Positions 17,619 to 28,921 of a stretch of 64,000 nucleotides of DNA are shown here, one piece after another. The position numbers were made by a program, and so were the translations under genes. The stretch lies in IMG/VR virus record IMGVR_UViG_3300037722_000240, positions 13,678 through 77,677 of that record; one strand, written 5' to 3'. The notes under the pieces are model-generated. The model was given only the letters and a program-made list of their open reading frames with translations. It ran no database searches and had not been told where the DNA came from. Origin of the DNA: a virus (lineage: Duplodnaviria > Caudoviricetes). Numbering within the stretch: the first letter of the stretch is position 1; every line of letters starts with the position of its first letter.

Positions 17619-18188
17619 TTATATAATTCTCACTTCTTCTAAATCTGTAACTATGGCTCCACTAATCATTGCTGTCCAATTTGTAGGATAGATGGCTACC
17701 AAAAGAGCATCTATACCACTACCAGTTGTAGCTATAAGTACTTTTTGATTTGATATGCCAGATAGTCCAATTAAAAATCTAGGACTTTCGGGGATTTCTG
17801 GAAATACTACATCTATTCCTAACTCGTTAGGTACACCACTAGCTAATGCCCATGAATTTTGTGTTTCTGGATAATAGCTAGTATAAATATCCATTCTATC
17901 TTGTGTATAAAAATTTACTATACCGGCTGTAGCTAAAGATAGCCCATAATCAGTTAGAAAGTTACTAATCATTGTATTACTATTTACTGATGATGTAGTA
18001 ATATCAGGACTTATATCATCAACATTTCCACCTGAAACAGTAGTTCTAGATATTCTCCACGTTCCTACATATACAAAATTAGTATCAGCAAATAGTCGAG
18101 CAATTTGATGCATATTGCCTACAGCACCAGACCATATAACTTGTTTATTCTCCCAAGAATCTGTTGTTTTCCACACCACTGTAGCCAT
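17619..18188 (-). CDS. minor tail protein
   Basis: position in tail operon; beta-rich. Confidence 0.6.
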   Translation of the reverse strand: MATVVWKTTDSWENKQVIWSGAVGNMHQIARLFADTNFVYVGTWRISRTTVSGGNVDDISPDITTSSVNSNTMISNFLTDYGLSLATAGIVNFYTQDRMDIYTSYYPETQNSWALASGVPNELGIDVVFPEIPESPRFLIGLSGISNQKVLIATTGSGIDALLVAIYPTNWTAMISGAIVTDLEEVRII

Positions 18189-20944
18189 TACTCAAATGTC
18201 CTATAATCAAACGCATCTAAATCATTACCGCTCTGTCCTGTGGATGGGTCTATTTCAAACCTGTCTGTAAAAAATTCCTCAAAATCAATAAAATCTAATG
18301 TTCTACAAAATCGTCTATTATTTGAACTACTTTTATCTAAATTTCCATAAAAATATTGATAATTTAATTGTTCGGGTTCTGGATAAAGAGCTACTATCAT
18401 ATAATCGTCATCAAAATCAGTATTAGGTAAATATGTTGTAGCTCCATTAGTATATCTTACCAGAGGATTATTTGATACATCTTCTTCCATACCAACAGGC
18501 TCGACATTTCCAAATCCAGGAATTCCTAAAGCTGATGTATCCATAATATCTTCTTTTATAACAGAACTATTTTCGTAAAATCTTTGAATTGTAGAAGGAG
18601 CAGTTGTTACAAAGTAGCCATGATAAGAGTAAATATTACCAGTCCTAACATTTGCTAAATTAGCACCTCCTTTAAATGTTCCACTTCCACTAACAGTTCT
18701 GTTTATACTGAATTCATGTGTAATATCTCCTGTAGAAAAATCAATAGAAATGACAGGAACATGGGTATGAGTTTCACTTGGGCCTGCAGTAACTCTCCAA
18801 AAATGTTGTAAAGTAAAACACTTTCCTGAACTATCAACTGCTAATTGAGAAACTCTACTTGCCCCGTTCATGTTGTAAGAAGTACCTAAAGAATCTATAG
18901 TTTCATCGTAATCAACATATGCGCTAATTTCAGATATAGGATTATCAGTAACTACTCTAGCATGTATAATAAATGTGTTTGCCGATGCAGAAAACACATC
19001 TTCCCAACCAGAAAAACAAATTCTAGCGGCGTCTGTATCAGAGTCTGGGTCAAAATGTATTCTATAATTTCTGTATCTGTCATTAGCAGATGCTGTAAAA
19101 AACTGCTCATCGTGTATTTTATCCCAAGTTACCCCACTATCATTAGTTCTAAATACTTCACATCTAGCGCCGTTAACGTGTGTATGGGTAGCATCTGCGT
19201 GTATTACGGCAGCATACGCTATAGTTCTATTACTAGGTAATGACCATATACCTATTCTATAAATACCATTAGCATTTGTTAATCCTACATTTAGAGGCAA
19301 TGATGTAATCGGACCCTCTCCGTCCCAAACTCCCGCCAAAAGCCTTGCATTACCCACTGTTTTTGCCCAATAAATACTTTCAACGGGAGTTTCAGTAATA
19401 ATAGTAGGCCTTCCTGATATTAGAACATATGATGAATTATCTATAGCCCCTATAATATCATGTGCTACAACATCATAGTCTGAACCAGATGGTACAATCC
19501 CTGACGGTGGAGTATGTAACTGAATACTGCCCCAAGTAGTTCCAAAGTTTTTAGTTGTATAAATCCACGCTCTAAAAAATCCTGTTGGCATAATTGATGG
19601 GCCTGATACTAGTACATGGAATGTTCCGTATCTAGTAGGCTCATCTACTACCTTCTTTAGCTTTAAATCCGTGTATTGAGGGACTTCATCGTCGCCCACA
19701 TCGTTTACAGGAGTAGGAAGGTCTGGAACAGCTACCCAAAATCCAGTAAAATATGGCCGTCTATATATACCGGCCTCTGTAATAATCATGCTTTGTCCAT
19801 AACTATTTACAGATATATTACTTACATTTAGTTCCCCTGCTGTCGTTAATCCAGCGTTAGTGGGAACAAATGATTCCCCACCATCCCAAGAAACACCTAC
19901 TCCCCCACTAATTGTTGACACATATACAGGGCTTGGAGGTAGAGCAATTGAAAGTCTTGGACATTTCTCTCCAAATGTTAATCTTGTTGTAGCTCCATCA
20001 GGCCCTACCCTAGCATATATACTAGTAATTACTCTAGAACCATCGTAATTCCAATCCTCATGCCAATCTATATTAGCTATTTCTCCCACCTGCAATGTAG
20101 GATAAAATCCATCCAAAGTAAATAATTGAATGTCGTCTATACTATTAACTACACTTAAAATTCTAGATGCTACTATATAACTGTATAATTGTCTTGTTAT
20201 GGCGGGATTGGTTACAACTACCGTCTTATCTGCAATAAGCTCAGATATCTCTGTCCGTGCTGTAGCAAATACTTGTTCTGATAGCCCTGTTTCTATATTA
20301 AATCTAAACCCACCATATACTTTTACTACATTTCTGGTTTTATCTGTGCTTAGGGTTCTTTCAGCCGCTACTGCCGTATCAACAGTTATCTGAGGCTCAG
20401 AAGTATTCAATCTAAATGTCTTTAGTTTATCTAATACTGAATCATATTTTACATAATATGCGGCTAATCTCTCTAATCTAGCTATAGCATCACCCACAGT
20501 TTGAAATCCTAGTGGAGTTCCTGGGTCAACCGTTACATTTGAACTAGCCTGAAACGATACACTAAGGCCTGCCAACCCTGCTAAATAACTAATCCAGTAG
20601 TTTACAGATTCCCCATTAGATTCTAATTGTTCAGGTATAAAGTAATCAAATAGCCTAATAGACTTATCAGCACCCTGAATAATATATGAACCTGGGTCGT
20701 AACTTTTAGTAATATCTACTAAATATCCCCTTAGTACTCTAGTAGCAGAGCCCCCGTAACGCTCCCGTATTACTATTGAATCATAAGGATTTAATACCGT
20801 CGGATGTTCAGGGCTTAACTCTAATGTAAATGAATCCCCCATTTCACAAATGCTAGATTTGCGTTCATAAGAAATTACATATTCAGTTCTATCAGTACCC
20901 TCTATTTCTATTTGAACATAGTCGGGTGTATAAAGCTCTGCCAT
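18188..20944 (-). CDS. tail tip/baseplate hub protein with beta-propeller (BNR-like) C-terminus
   Basis: N-terminal hub region TRNVVKVYG; SWDGGESF, TKNFGTTW, TNDSGVTW Asp-box motifs. Confidence 0.7.
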   Translation of the reverse strand: MAELYTPDYVQIEIEGTDRTEYVISYERKSSICEMGDSFTLELSPEHPTVLNPYDSIVIRERYGGSATRVLRGYLVDITKSYDPGSYIIQGADKSIRLFDYFIPEQLESNGESVNYWISYLAGLAGLSVSFQASSNVTVDPGTPLGFQTVGDAIARLERLAAYYVKYDSVLDKLKTFRLNTSEPQITVDTAVAAERTLSTDKTRNVVKVYGGFRFNIETGLSEQVFATARTEISELIADKTVVVTNPAITRQLYSYIVASRILSVVNSIDDIQLFTLDGFYPTLQVGEIANIDWHEDWNYDGSRVITSIYARVGPDGATTRLTFGEKCPRLSIALPPSPVYVSTISGGVGVSWDGGESFVPTNAGLTTAGELNVSNISVNSYGQSMIITEAGIYRRPYFTGFWVAVPDLPTPVNDVGDDEVPQYTDLKLKKVVDEPTRYGTFHVLVSGPSIMPTGFFRAWIYTTKNFGTTWGSIQLHTPPSGIVPSGSDYDVVAHDIIGAIDNSSYVLISGRPTIITETPVESIYWAKTVGNARLLAGVWDGEGPITSLPLNVGLTNANGIYRIGIWSLPSNRTIAYAAVIHADATHTHVNGARCEVFRTNDSGVTWDKIHDEQFFTASANDRYRNYRIHFDPDSDTDAARICFSGWEDVFSASANTFIIHARVVTDNPISEISAYVDYDETIDSLGTSYNMNGASRVSQLAVDSSGKCFTLQHFWRVTAGPSETHTHVPVISIDFSTGDITHEFSINRTVSGSGTFKGGANLANVRTGNIYSYHGYFVTTAPSTIQRFYENSSVIKEDIMDTSALGIPGFGNVEPVGMEEDVSNNPLVRYTNGATTYLPNTDFDDDYMIVALYPEPEQLNYQYFYGNLDKSSSNNRRFCRTLDFIDFEEFFTDRFEIDPSTGQSGNDLDAFDYRTFE

Positions 20945-20946
20945 CC

Positions 20947-21921
20947 TTACCTCGTTAAAGTTACGTTTTGAACAAATCCGCTTCTATCTATAACAGATTC
21001 TACTCTGTATATAAACCAATCTCCTGAAACTCCTGTATAAGCATCTGTAACAGTTGCAACATCTCTAGCTACAATTTGATGGTCGCCTTCTATACTTAAT
21101 GTAAGTCTTTCAGTTAATCTATTAAATAGAGCTAAGTTAAAATCAGCCGCTAATTGACATTTTCCAACTGTATCAAGATAGGGAGTAGCTATAACAGCAG
21201 TTTTATAAAAACCTGCTGGAAGATATGGGCTTACAGCAGAAGCATCTGCACTAATATTATCTTTTCCATATACAACTACTCTATTTCTAAGATTTTCCGT
21301 GGACTTGGTATAATCTATAGCCGTTACATTATCAGTGCCTACTGTCCAGGAATAAGATGAAGAATCTCCAGCCATTACATATGGTTTTCTATCCAATAAT
21401 TGAATATCACCATTCCTATCGGCGTAAATATGCCAAGCCATCATATCAACAATACTTTTAGCCGCCGCCCACGCCATAATCAAGTTTATTTCAATAGGGC
21501 CATTAGTACCCCAAGTAACACTTAAAGGTAAATTAGCATTAATTCCACTAATATCTGCTTCGGCTAAAATACCCGCAACTAAAGTCTCTGTAGATACATT
21601 TTCAAAACTCAAGGGGTTTTCTGGATCATCAGATGCTATAAAGTAATCCAATGCTTTAGCTAATACATCTTCAAAAGTTATAGTAACAGTTCTTTCTAAT
21701 GTATTTTGTGTAATATCTCTAACAAAACCTTCAAATACTTTATCTGTATTGCCTAAGTATCCTATTCTAAAAGAAAACGAATCTCCCAAAGAAAGAGATG
21801 TACCATCTCCCTCTATGATGGCCTGTGCCACTGGGGAATTAAAGGATTCTATAAGTCTAATACTAGTAACATTATCAATAGCAGTTATATTATGAGCTAC
21901 TATTCTAATTACTGGGGGCAT
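20947..21921 (-). CDS. baseplate hub / tail tip protein
   Basis: IYADRNGDIQL, LRNRVVVYG motifs; follows the Dit-like gene. Confidence 0.65.
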   Translation of the reverse strand: MPPVIRIVAHNITAIDNVTSIRLIESFNSPVAQAIIEGDGTSLSLGDSFSFRIGYLGNTDKVFEGFVRDITQNTLERTVTITFEDVLAKALDYFIASDDPENPLSFENVSTETLVAGILAEADISGINANLPLSVTWGTNGPIEINLIMAWAAAKSIVDMMAWHIYADRNGDIQLLDRKPYVMAGDSSSYSWTVGTDNVTAIDYTKSTENLRNRVVVYGKDNISADASAVSPYLPAGFYKTAVIATPYLDTVGKCQLAADFNLALFNRLTERLTLSIEGDHQIVARDVATVTDAYTGVSGDWFIYRVESVIDRSGFVQNVTLTR

Positions 21922-21922
21922 A

Positions 21923-22285
21923 TTATGTCCTTACGGTACAAGTTACTTTATATACGGGAGCTGTTTCATCCTGTAATGGGTCTACTCTTTGAGCATATAC
22001 ATTTTGTCTTGATGATTGTACATTCATAAGTAAAACGGTAACGCCTCCAGGAATTAAATCAGTAACTAGGGATACATTACTACCAGAACCATTCATAATG
22101 GTTTCTAAATATCCCGAACCTATTACCGTTCCTGCTAAATTATGAGTTCTATTAGGAGTCATAATATAGTGAAATACGGATTCGGACCCGGCGATAGGTT
22201 GAAGCTCTGCAATTACTGGCTCATTAATCTCTTCATCACCGTCAACATATATATCTGCTCCATTTATTTTCCAAATACTTGACAT
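21923..22285 (-). CDS. distal tail (Dit-like) protein
   Basis: small beta protein immediately after the tape measure. Confidence 0.5.
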   Translation of the reverse strand: MSSIWKINGADIYVDGDEEINEPVIAELQPIAGSESVFHYIMTPNRTHNLAGTVIGSGYLETIMNGSGSNVSLVTDLIPGGVTVLLMNVQSSRQNVYAQRVDPLQDETAPVYKVTCTVRT

Positions 22286-22287
22286 TT

Positions 22288-25200
22288 TTACTCCACTATA
22301 TAGCCAACAGTTCCGGTTCTTTTCTTAGCTGTCTTGAAATCATTAAATAGCCTCTTTTGAAGAGTTTGCATAATTTGAGAACCATCAATAATAATAGGAA
22401 TTGTAGCTTCAAGAGCTGTATTAATTGTAACCGGAATTGAGCTTGGCATATTCGCTATAACACCTTCAAAAAATCTTTGAACATCGGGGCCTATATCACT
22501 AGCCAACCATCTCTCCGGTTGATTTATTGGTGTACCAGATGTCTTTAATGAACTATCCAAAGATTTTCCAAAAACGTCACCAATTTTTTGTAAAATTAAT
22601 GGGTTATATACTTCACCAGTAGCACTTCTATCATTAGCTAATTGAAAGCCTAATATAGTTTGAGCTATTAGATTTTTTGATGTAGTACTTAATTCTCTAT
22701 CTATTGATTTTTGTATAGTTCTATCATCTACTGCCCCCCTTCCGGGTAATGGAAGGTTTGTCAATCCTCCACCACCCCCTCCCCTTGGAAACGGGGTGTC
22801 TGAGAAGTAGATTCCAGGAGTAGCAGGAATAAACGCCGTCATTCCTTCTGGAATATTGAAAATACCCTCTAATTGTTCTTGGTTTATTTCAATCAAATCT
22901 TGCATAGCCAAGTTCAATAGAGAAAGGTCAACATGTAAAGTATCAATACCATCTTCAAATATAATAGCAGTATCTTGTCTACTTGGTTGGAAAGCGCCTC
23001 CAGTAGCGGCTATTAAGCTATTAGCTATAGCTTGTTCCATTGCTTCTAATCTTGGCACATCTGCGGTTGATAGACCTTTACCTCTAAAGTCTTGGAAACC
23101 TATTGACCTAAATCCAGTACCCAGTCCTTGTTCTTGAAGTGCTTCTTGAATAAATTTTTGAGGGACTTTAGTAGTAAAATCTAAGAAGCTTCTTTCAACG
23201 CCTTCCCCTATAGCAAGCATGGCGTCCTCGCCTCGGTCACGCAGTTCTTCTCTAATATGTTCCGGCAATTTTTGTCCGGTTGCTAATTCTATAGCATCAA
23301 ACCATTCTTCTTGAAGTTGTTCAGCAATTTGAATAGTTGTTTGTGCTTGACGCTGACTAACATCCCCCAATTCTATAACTCCTGGAACTTGTGTAAGTCT
23401 AGTTTCAACTTGAAGAGATGTGGCTCCATATAACTGACCAAAATTTGATACAGCAAGATTAAAAGCTTCCGCTGACCCTGTTCCTTCATCCAAGGCTTTC
23501 TTTGTTAGTAGTACATCATTTGCTAGAGTATTTAATCTAGTTCTTTCTTCATCTGAAATATTTAGTAAAACGTCTAAAAGACTATTCAAATCCTCATTTA
23601 TACCAGCAGTATCAAAAGCGGATACAAATGTTCTGGCTTGATTGTCTAATCTACCAATTAATTGTTCCGCCTCTTGTAACTGTCTAACACCTATTCCAGA
23701 TTCTCCTCTTTGGAATCTCTGTAACTGCTGTTCATAGAATTGACTGCCCGCTATTTTAGATGCTCGTTCTATTTCATCAGCTCTACCGGCGGATATAGGA
23801 GTAAAAGCCCCTTCATCTAATTTTCCTAAATCTTCTCTAATTTGTAAAATCTCTCTATAAGCGGCAAGCTGTTCTTCTGTTATTTGGTCCCGCCCTAATA
23901 AACGATTAGCTAAAAATCCTCCTATACCCCCTCCTCCGCCAATATCCTGTCCCGAAGCCGCCTGTAACTGGCCTAATCTCAAAGTTTCTGGAGTTATTTC
24001 TTTTGCTCCAAAAATATTACCAATACCTGACAATAATCTTAAATTAAATTCATTGGCAAATCCCGGTTCAATTATACCCTCTAATTCTTCTAATCTTGTT
24101 TGAACCCTCTCTTGCGCTGTTTCAGGAGCAGGCTGAATTGTTCTTAATCTTTCTATTTCCTGAGAAATACTTGTCAAATCTTTAGTAGCAGTATCTACAA
24201 ATGCTCCACCAATAACAGTTCCTATAGCTATTCCAATAGGATTACCTTGTGAAATAAGACCACCAGCAATAGCACCGGCTATTTGTCCACCTGCCCTAGC
24301 AAAGTCTCTTTCTTGCTCTCTTCCCCCTCCAGCGGCCAATCCGCTAACAATACTACCTCCAGCGGCAATAGCGGGAATAGCGGCCCCTAGTAGCCCAGTT
24401 CCTCCTAAAAGCTTACTTAACCCTGTTCCTCTAAATCCTTGGTCTAAAAATGATAATCCTTGTCCAATTGTAGGGTCTAATCCCTGTCCAGGAAGGTATC
24501 CCCTCCCTGTTGGTAGTTTGCCAGCAAGCGCCAGTCTTTGAGCGCCGGCCCCCCCTAATAAATTTGCAACTCCAAGAGGTAATGGTCTATTTAGAGCTTG
24601 ACCTGCTTTAGTAAAATCAAGTAATCCAACAGTAAGCAATAATCCGGCTATTACTGGAGTAGCATCGCCTATACCTCTGACTACGCTATTTAGTGCATCT
24701 ACAAAAAGTGTTAAACCTTGAACTATTAGAGTAATAGTAGATAAAATTCCTCCCTCCTGTCCAAGAGTTTGAGCCAGTCCTGTAAGAGCGTTTTGTAGTT
24801 GCTGAATTGCTACAGCTACAGTGTCTAACTTGATTCCCATAGCCTCAGCCGCGTCACCAGAAGCAGTTAGAGATACTTCCGTTAGCTCTAATGTTCTCTG
24901 GTCAACGCCCAATAATGTAGCTAATTGCGCTCCTCTACGGAAACCTCCACCCACAATATTTGTAATTTCTTGAACATCTTCTGGTGATAAGAATCCTTTA
25001 TCACGAAGACTTATTATTTCAGCCATAATTTCCGTAAAACTTCTCATTTGACCATTAACATCACGAACAGCTATACCAAAACTAGCCAAAGCGGTTTCTG
25101 CCTGTGGGCTTTGTACTCCAGAAATAAAACCTCTAAGAGCATTACCAGTTTCATCTGCTGAAAGTTTTGTGGCTTCTGCTAAAGCCGCCGCCATTCCATT

Positions 25201-26607
25201 TAATGCATCAAAAGAAATGCCGGCATCCTCAGCGGCTGTTCCTACAATAGCATAAGTTGATGCCAGAGTATTAATAGATACGTTAGCGTTCTTAGACACT
25301 GCAATCCAAGAATCCATGATTTGAGACCCGTCTGTTAATTCTAGTTTAGCCTGTCTTAATGCTCCTACTAATGTATCTAGAGCTTCTGCTTGTTCTATAC
25401 CCGCTAGCTGAGAAAGAATCATAGAATCTTTCAATAGTACTTGGGTTGCTACAGTTCTTTCAGCCTCGTCACCTATTGATGCTGTTGCCGCCGCGGCTTC
25501 ATTATATCCAGCCAGGACTCCAGTTAAACTAGTTCCTGTTTCTTTAGCTATACGAGCGGCGGCTTCAAATACACCAGTAATACCTTGTGTTGTTTCAGAA
25601 AGTACAATCTGTGCTTCGGCTAATGAAGTTTGTAGTTCTATAGATTCACTAATTAACTGATTTAAAACTCTAATAGGCGTATATACAAGACCAATAGCAA
25701 CTGTCCATTTTATAACTTCTAGGGTATCTCGTATAATACCGCCAGTAAATGATTGAAACTTTCTAGATGTATTAGATAAAACGTTTCCATACCTATCCAT
25801 TACAACTTGGGCCTTTACCATAGCACCGGCACTATTTGTAGCTTCTACTGTCATAAATTGCATACCAGTAGCCGCATCAATTATAGGCTTGTGTATTTGT
25901 CCCGCTGTAAGCTTCAACTTATCTAAAGCCTGCTGAAAATTTAATAATCCAGCAGACCCGCCAGGAATTAGTCCTTCAATGTTAGAAATTTGAGAAACAG
26001 GTAAAAGGCCTTTTTCAGGAAATCTGTTAGATACTTGTCCTTCGGGCAATCCTGTACCAGCCGCTCTTAATATTCCCCTACGATCCCCTAAAGCATTTAT
26101 CATGCCTCTAATGGCGTCTGCTCTAGCTCTATCTACAAGTAATTGTTTTTCTGCCTGAGAAAGGGATAATCTTCGTTGCTCAACTTCATCAGATATAGCG
26201 GCGGCTACTCCTTTTTCGGCTGTTTGTGCTCTTAGTAGGCCTTCTATAAGGTCAGCATTTCTAGCTTTTTCCGATTGGAAGTATCCAGAAGGAGAACCTG
26301 CTATTGCCTGCCTTCTAATATTCATAACCTCTGGAAGTCTTGCTTCTGTAGCGGCTACTTGCAGTAGTTCATTTCTTAATTTAGCTACTGCGGGTGCATT
26401 AACTCCTAACTCTCTAAGACCTACAGAAACTTTATTAATAGAAGTAGCCAAAGCATCAAAGGAGCCGGTAATTCTAGTCCCCTCTAATTGATTTAAAACA
26501 TTAATAAGCTCACTAAGAGTAGTAGCGGCTGTTGAACTTTGTTCACTTAAATGTGATAAGTTTGTAATTATATTTCTAAGATTTTGTTCAACTCTTTGTG
26601 ATGCCAT
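22288..26607 (-). CDS. tail tape measure protein (TP901-like core)
   Basis: 1439 aa, helical and Ala/Gly-rich; TP901-type segment (GISFDALNGMAAAL...ETGNALR); hydrophobic middle. Confidence 0.9.
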   Translation of the reverse strand: MASQRVEQNLRNIITNLSHLSEQSSTAATTLSELINVLNQLEGTRITGSFDALATSINKVSVGLRELGVNAPAVAKLRNELLQVAATEARLPEVMNIRRQAIAGSPSGYFQSEKARNADLIEGLLRAQTAEKGVAAAISDEVEQRRLSLSQAEKQLLVDRARADAIRGMINALGDRRGILRAAGTGLPEGQVSNRFPEKGLLPVSQISNIEGLIPGGSAGLLNFQQALDKLKLTAGQIHKPIIDAATGMQFMTVEATNSAGAMVKAQVVMDRYGNVLSNTSRKFQSFTGGIIRDTLEVIKWTVAIGLVYTPIRVLNQLISESIELQTSLAEAQIVLSETTQGITGVFEAAARIAKETGTSLTGVLAGYNEAAAATASIGDEAERTVATQVLLKDSMILSQLAGIEQAEALDTLVGALRQAKLELTDGSQIMDSWIAVSKNANVSINTLASTYAIVGTAAEDAGISFDALNGMAAALAEATKLSADETGNALRGFISGVQSPQAETALASFGIAVRDVNGQMRSFTEIMAEIISLRDKGFLSPEDVQEITNIVGGGFRRGAQLATLLGVDQRTLELTEVSLTASGDAAEAMGIKLDTVAVAIQQLQNALTGLAQTLGQEGGILSTITLIVQGLTLFVDALNSVVRGIGDATPVIAGLLLTVGLLDFTKAGQALNRPLPLGVANLLGGAGAQRLALAGKLPTGRGYLPGQGLDPTIGQGLSFLDQGFRGTGLSKLLGGTGLLGAAIPAIAAGGSIVSGLAAGGGREQERDFARAGGQIAGAIAGGLISQGNPIGIAIGTVIGGAFVDTATKDLTSISQEIERLRTIQPAPETAQERVQTRLEELEGIIEPGFANEFNLRLLSGIGNIFGAKEITPETLRLGQLQAASGQDIGGGGGIGGFLANRLLGRDQITEEQLAAYREILQIREDLGKLDEGAFTPISAGRADEIERASKIAGSQFYEQQLQRFQRGESGIGVRQLQEAEQLIGRLDNQARTFVSAFDTAGINEDLNSLLDVLLNISDEERTRLNTLANDVLLTKKALDEGTGSAEAFNLAVSNFGQLYGATSLQVETRLTQVPGVIELGDVSQRQAQTTIQIAEQLQEEWFDAIELATGQKLPEHIREELRDRGEDAMLAIGEGVERSFLDFTTKVPQKFIQEALQEQGLGTGFRSIGFQDFRGKGLSTADVPRLEAMEQAIANSLIAATGGAFQPSRQDTAIIFEDGIDTLHVDLSLLNLAMQDLIEINQEQLEGIFNIPEGMTAFIPATPGIYFSDTPFPRGGGGGGLTNLPLPGRGAVDDRTIQKSIDRELSTTSKNLIAQTILGFQLANDRSATGEVYNPLILQKIGDVFGKSLDSSLKTSGTPINQPERWLASDIGPDVQRFFEGVIANMPSSIPVTINTALEATIPIIIDGSQIMQTLQKRLFNDFKTAKKRTGTVGYIVE

Positions 26608-26906
26608 TATCCAATCTCACTCTCATCAATTTCAAATATAACCTCATCTTTTGGTGAATCTTTATATAAAACTCTATCAAACCATTCATCCAATTTTTCA
26701 GGAGGTAGGTACCAAATATAATCATCGGGAGGTCTCTTATCTTTGGGTAATTCCTTGAAGGATTCTACCTGCGCTCGCTTTCTAAGTACATAGCTTATAG
26801 TCCAAGGAAGTTCATCTATAGGCGGTAATTTTTTATGCAACGGAATCTTCGTATTGCTATGTATAGTCCAATACGACGCTATTGCGTTGCTTCTGGCAAT
26901 TTTTTT
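26607..26906 (-). CDS. -1 frameshift extension of the tail assembly chaperone (gpGT-like)
   Basis: A7 slippery site at 26900-26906; the -1 frame is open into ORF 26607..26840. Confidence 0.75.
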   Translation of the reverse strand, partial: KKIARSNAIASYWTIHSNTKIPLHKKLPPIDELPWTISYVLRKRAQVESFKELPKDKRPPDDYIWYLPPEKLDEWFDRVLYKDSPKDEVIFEIDESEIG

Positions 26907-27622
26907 AGCTCTTCTATACCAAGCTCTAAACTTTTATAGTTCTCTACCAAAATAGTCTTTATTACAGTAGCGGCATTATCAAAAGTATCAAATGAACTAA
27001 ATGCGGGTTTCTTGAAATCAGCCCCCAAATATGTTGCATAATAGGTGCACATATCATAGTAACTACTGTTCATTTCCTCAGAGCAAAGTCTATCCATAAG
27101 AAGTGCCTGATAGGTAGAATATAGTTCTGCTTTTTTTACACTACTTAGTTCTTTTCTTCTTTCTTTACTTATTTTCTGTATATTTTTATCTAATTCTTTT
27201 GCAAATTTAACAGGATAGGAGTCTATTTCTTCTTGAAACTTTTCCTGAGCCTCTAAACTATCATCGGATTTAGGAGACTTGGGCTCCTTTACCTTTGTAT
27301 CCCTTAATGCTTCTGCTTGAATATCAGGCAAAAGCAGTAAAATAATCATAGAAACAAGGGTTTCTTTATCCTGAAATTCCTTTATTTCATTTACAAAAGC
27401 AACTCTTTCGTCACTACCTTCTTTTTGCAAATTCCTTCTTAGTTCTGCTGACTTTCTCAAAGCATAAGCTCTTGCTCTATTAAGGTCAGCATCCCCAACC
27501 AAGCGAAGGTGTACCGTCATATTTAGGTCCCTAGCAGGGTCCCTAAGTTCGACTTCTTTAGTCCATCTGAATAGTTGGGAAATATCCACATCATTTTTAT
27601 CAATTTCTCTTTTTCTAGACAT
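26879..27622 (-). CDS. tail assembly chaperone (gpG-like)
   Basis: between tail tube and tape measure; carries the slippery site near its end. Confidence 0.8.
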   Translation of the reverse strand: MSRKREIDKNDVDISQLFRWTKEVELRDPARDLNMTVHLRLVGDADLNRARAYALRKSAELRRNLQKEGSDERVAFVNEIKEFQDKETLVSMIILLLLPDIQAEALRDTKVKEPKSPKSDDSLEAQEKFQEEIDSYPVKFAKELDKNIQKISKERRKELSSVKKAELYSTYQALLMDRLCSEEMNSSYYDMCTYYATYLGADFKKPAFSSFDTFDNAATVIKTILVENYKSLELGIEELKKLPEATQ

Positions 27623-27646
27623 TTTTTCCTCTCCAATTTAATAATT

Positions 27647-27688
27647 AAAAGGGGCCACAACAATCAAAAAGATTGATGTAGCCCCTTT
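27647..27688 (-). terminator. intrinsic terminator after the major tail gene
   Basis: AAAGGGGCTACATCAATC...GATTGTTGTGGCCCCTTTT hairpin. Confidence 0.7.
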
Positions 27689-27717
27689 GTTATTACTCCC
27701 TTTGGCTAACTTTTAGT

Positions 27718-28905
27718 TTATCTCGAACCACTGTAGATAATTATATCACCATCTTCTGACTTAAAGTCGAATGTTTGTTGAGCGTTGGCATTCACGTTTG
27801 AAGTGTAGCCATCACTTGTAATTACTACAGCAGGAACGTATACTGTCTTTAGAATAGTAAACGGTTCCACTTTATCTGCTGGGTCTTGTAGCGCCAGGTC
27901 TAGTGAAATATTTGCGGCTGTATACTCAGAAGCTTTCCACTCGGTATCACCCGAAGCAAGGCTTCCAGTTGAGAATAGGTCAATTAATTCAGTATCCGTG
28001 TCCAAAACCGTAATAGTTCCGGTTACACTAGGAACTTGTAGCTGATAACCAACTACGTCCCTATTACCCATCTCTCTAACTGTTTCTGGATTGAATGTGC
28101 CATTCAAAGTAACTGATTGTACACGGTCAATACCATTAGCTGATAATAGAACAGGAACATCCAAACCACGAATAGCGGCTGGCATAACTGTTTCTGCTAC
28201 ATCGGCCCAATTAGTACCTGTAGGTACAGCTTGATAAATTACTAATAGCTGGCTAGTTCTAGAATCAAATGTAGTTAATGTAGTACCTGCTACTGAATAT
28301 TCTCCAGTAGCGGGGCCAGCGGCAACTTCTTCTAGATATATACCATCAAGAATAACAGAAATAGCCTCATTTCCATTCTTTAGTGTAACAGGTGTTTCTG
28401 CCAAAGAAAACGAAGTTGTTCCGGTTACAAACTTTTCAACCACAATATCGTTTTTGAACCATCTTTTCTCGGTTCCGATAAGTGTATATTCCTCAGTTGA
28501 TTCTCCATCTACTGAGTAGCTGAATGAGAAATCACGAACAGTACATTTTCTGGCGTGGGCCATCTTAACGTAATCTTCTAGAGAAGCGTCTTTAATTTGT
28601 GCAATAAGGTCTGCTTCTTTAATTTCGCTAATACTTACACCTGATGCGGGATACGCTGTATAATCATTTCCTGTTAGAATTGAAAACAGCTTAATACCAA
28701 CATCCATTGACTGGAATGTGGCAGTAACATTTGGAGCATCTTCTACTGTACCAGCGTGTAGGCGATTACCCAACTCATCAATGTCCGTTGATGGTCTATC
28801 AGCGGTGATTGATAACCTCTGGATTCGTGGAACTACAAGGGCGTCCTTTTCTCCCACTAATTTTAATTGAACATGCTTAGACGGAATCGCGACTCTACGA
28901 CTCAT
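27718..28905 (-). CDS. major tail tube protein
   Basis: 395 aa beta-rich; canonical position; followed by a terminator. Confidence 0.8.
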   Translation of the reverse strand: MSRRVAIPSKHVQLKLVGEKDALVVPRIQRLSITADRPSTDIDELGNRLHAGTVEDAPNVTATFQSMDVGIKLFSILTGNDYTAYPASGVSISEIKEADLIAQIKDASLEDYVKMAHARKCTVRDFSFSYSVDGESTEEYTLIGTEKRWFKNDIVVEKFVTGTTSFSLAETPVTLKNGNEAISVILDGIYLEEVAAGPATGEYSVAGTTLTTFDSRTSQLLVIYQAVPTGTNWADVAETVMPAAIRGLDVPVLLSANGIDRVQSVTLNGTFNPETVREMGNRDVVGYQLQVPSVTGTITVLDTDTELIDLFSTGSLASGDTEWKASEYTAANISLDLALQDPADKVEPFTILKTVYVPAVVITSDGYTSNVNANAQQTFDFKSEDGDIIIYSGSR

Positions 28906-28921
28906 TTAACAATTCCTCCAT

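Noticed and set aside
11544-20944. Diversity-generating retroelement acting on tail fibres
   Set aside because: No reverse transcriptase and no TR/VR pair differing at adenines was seen
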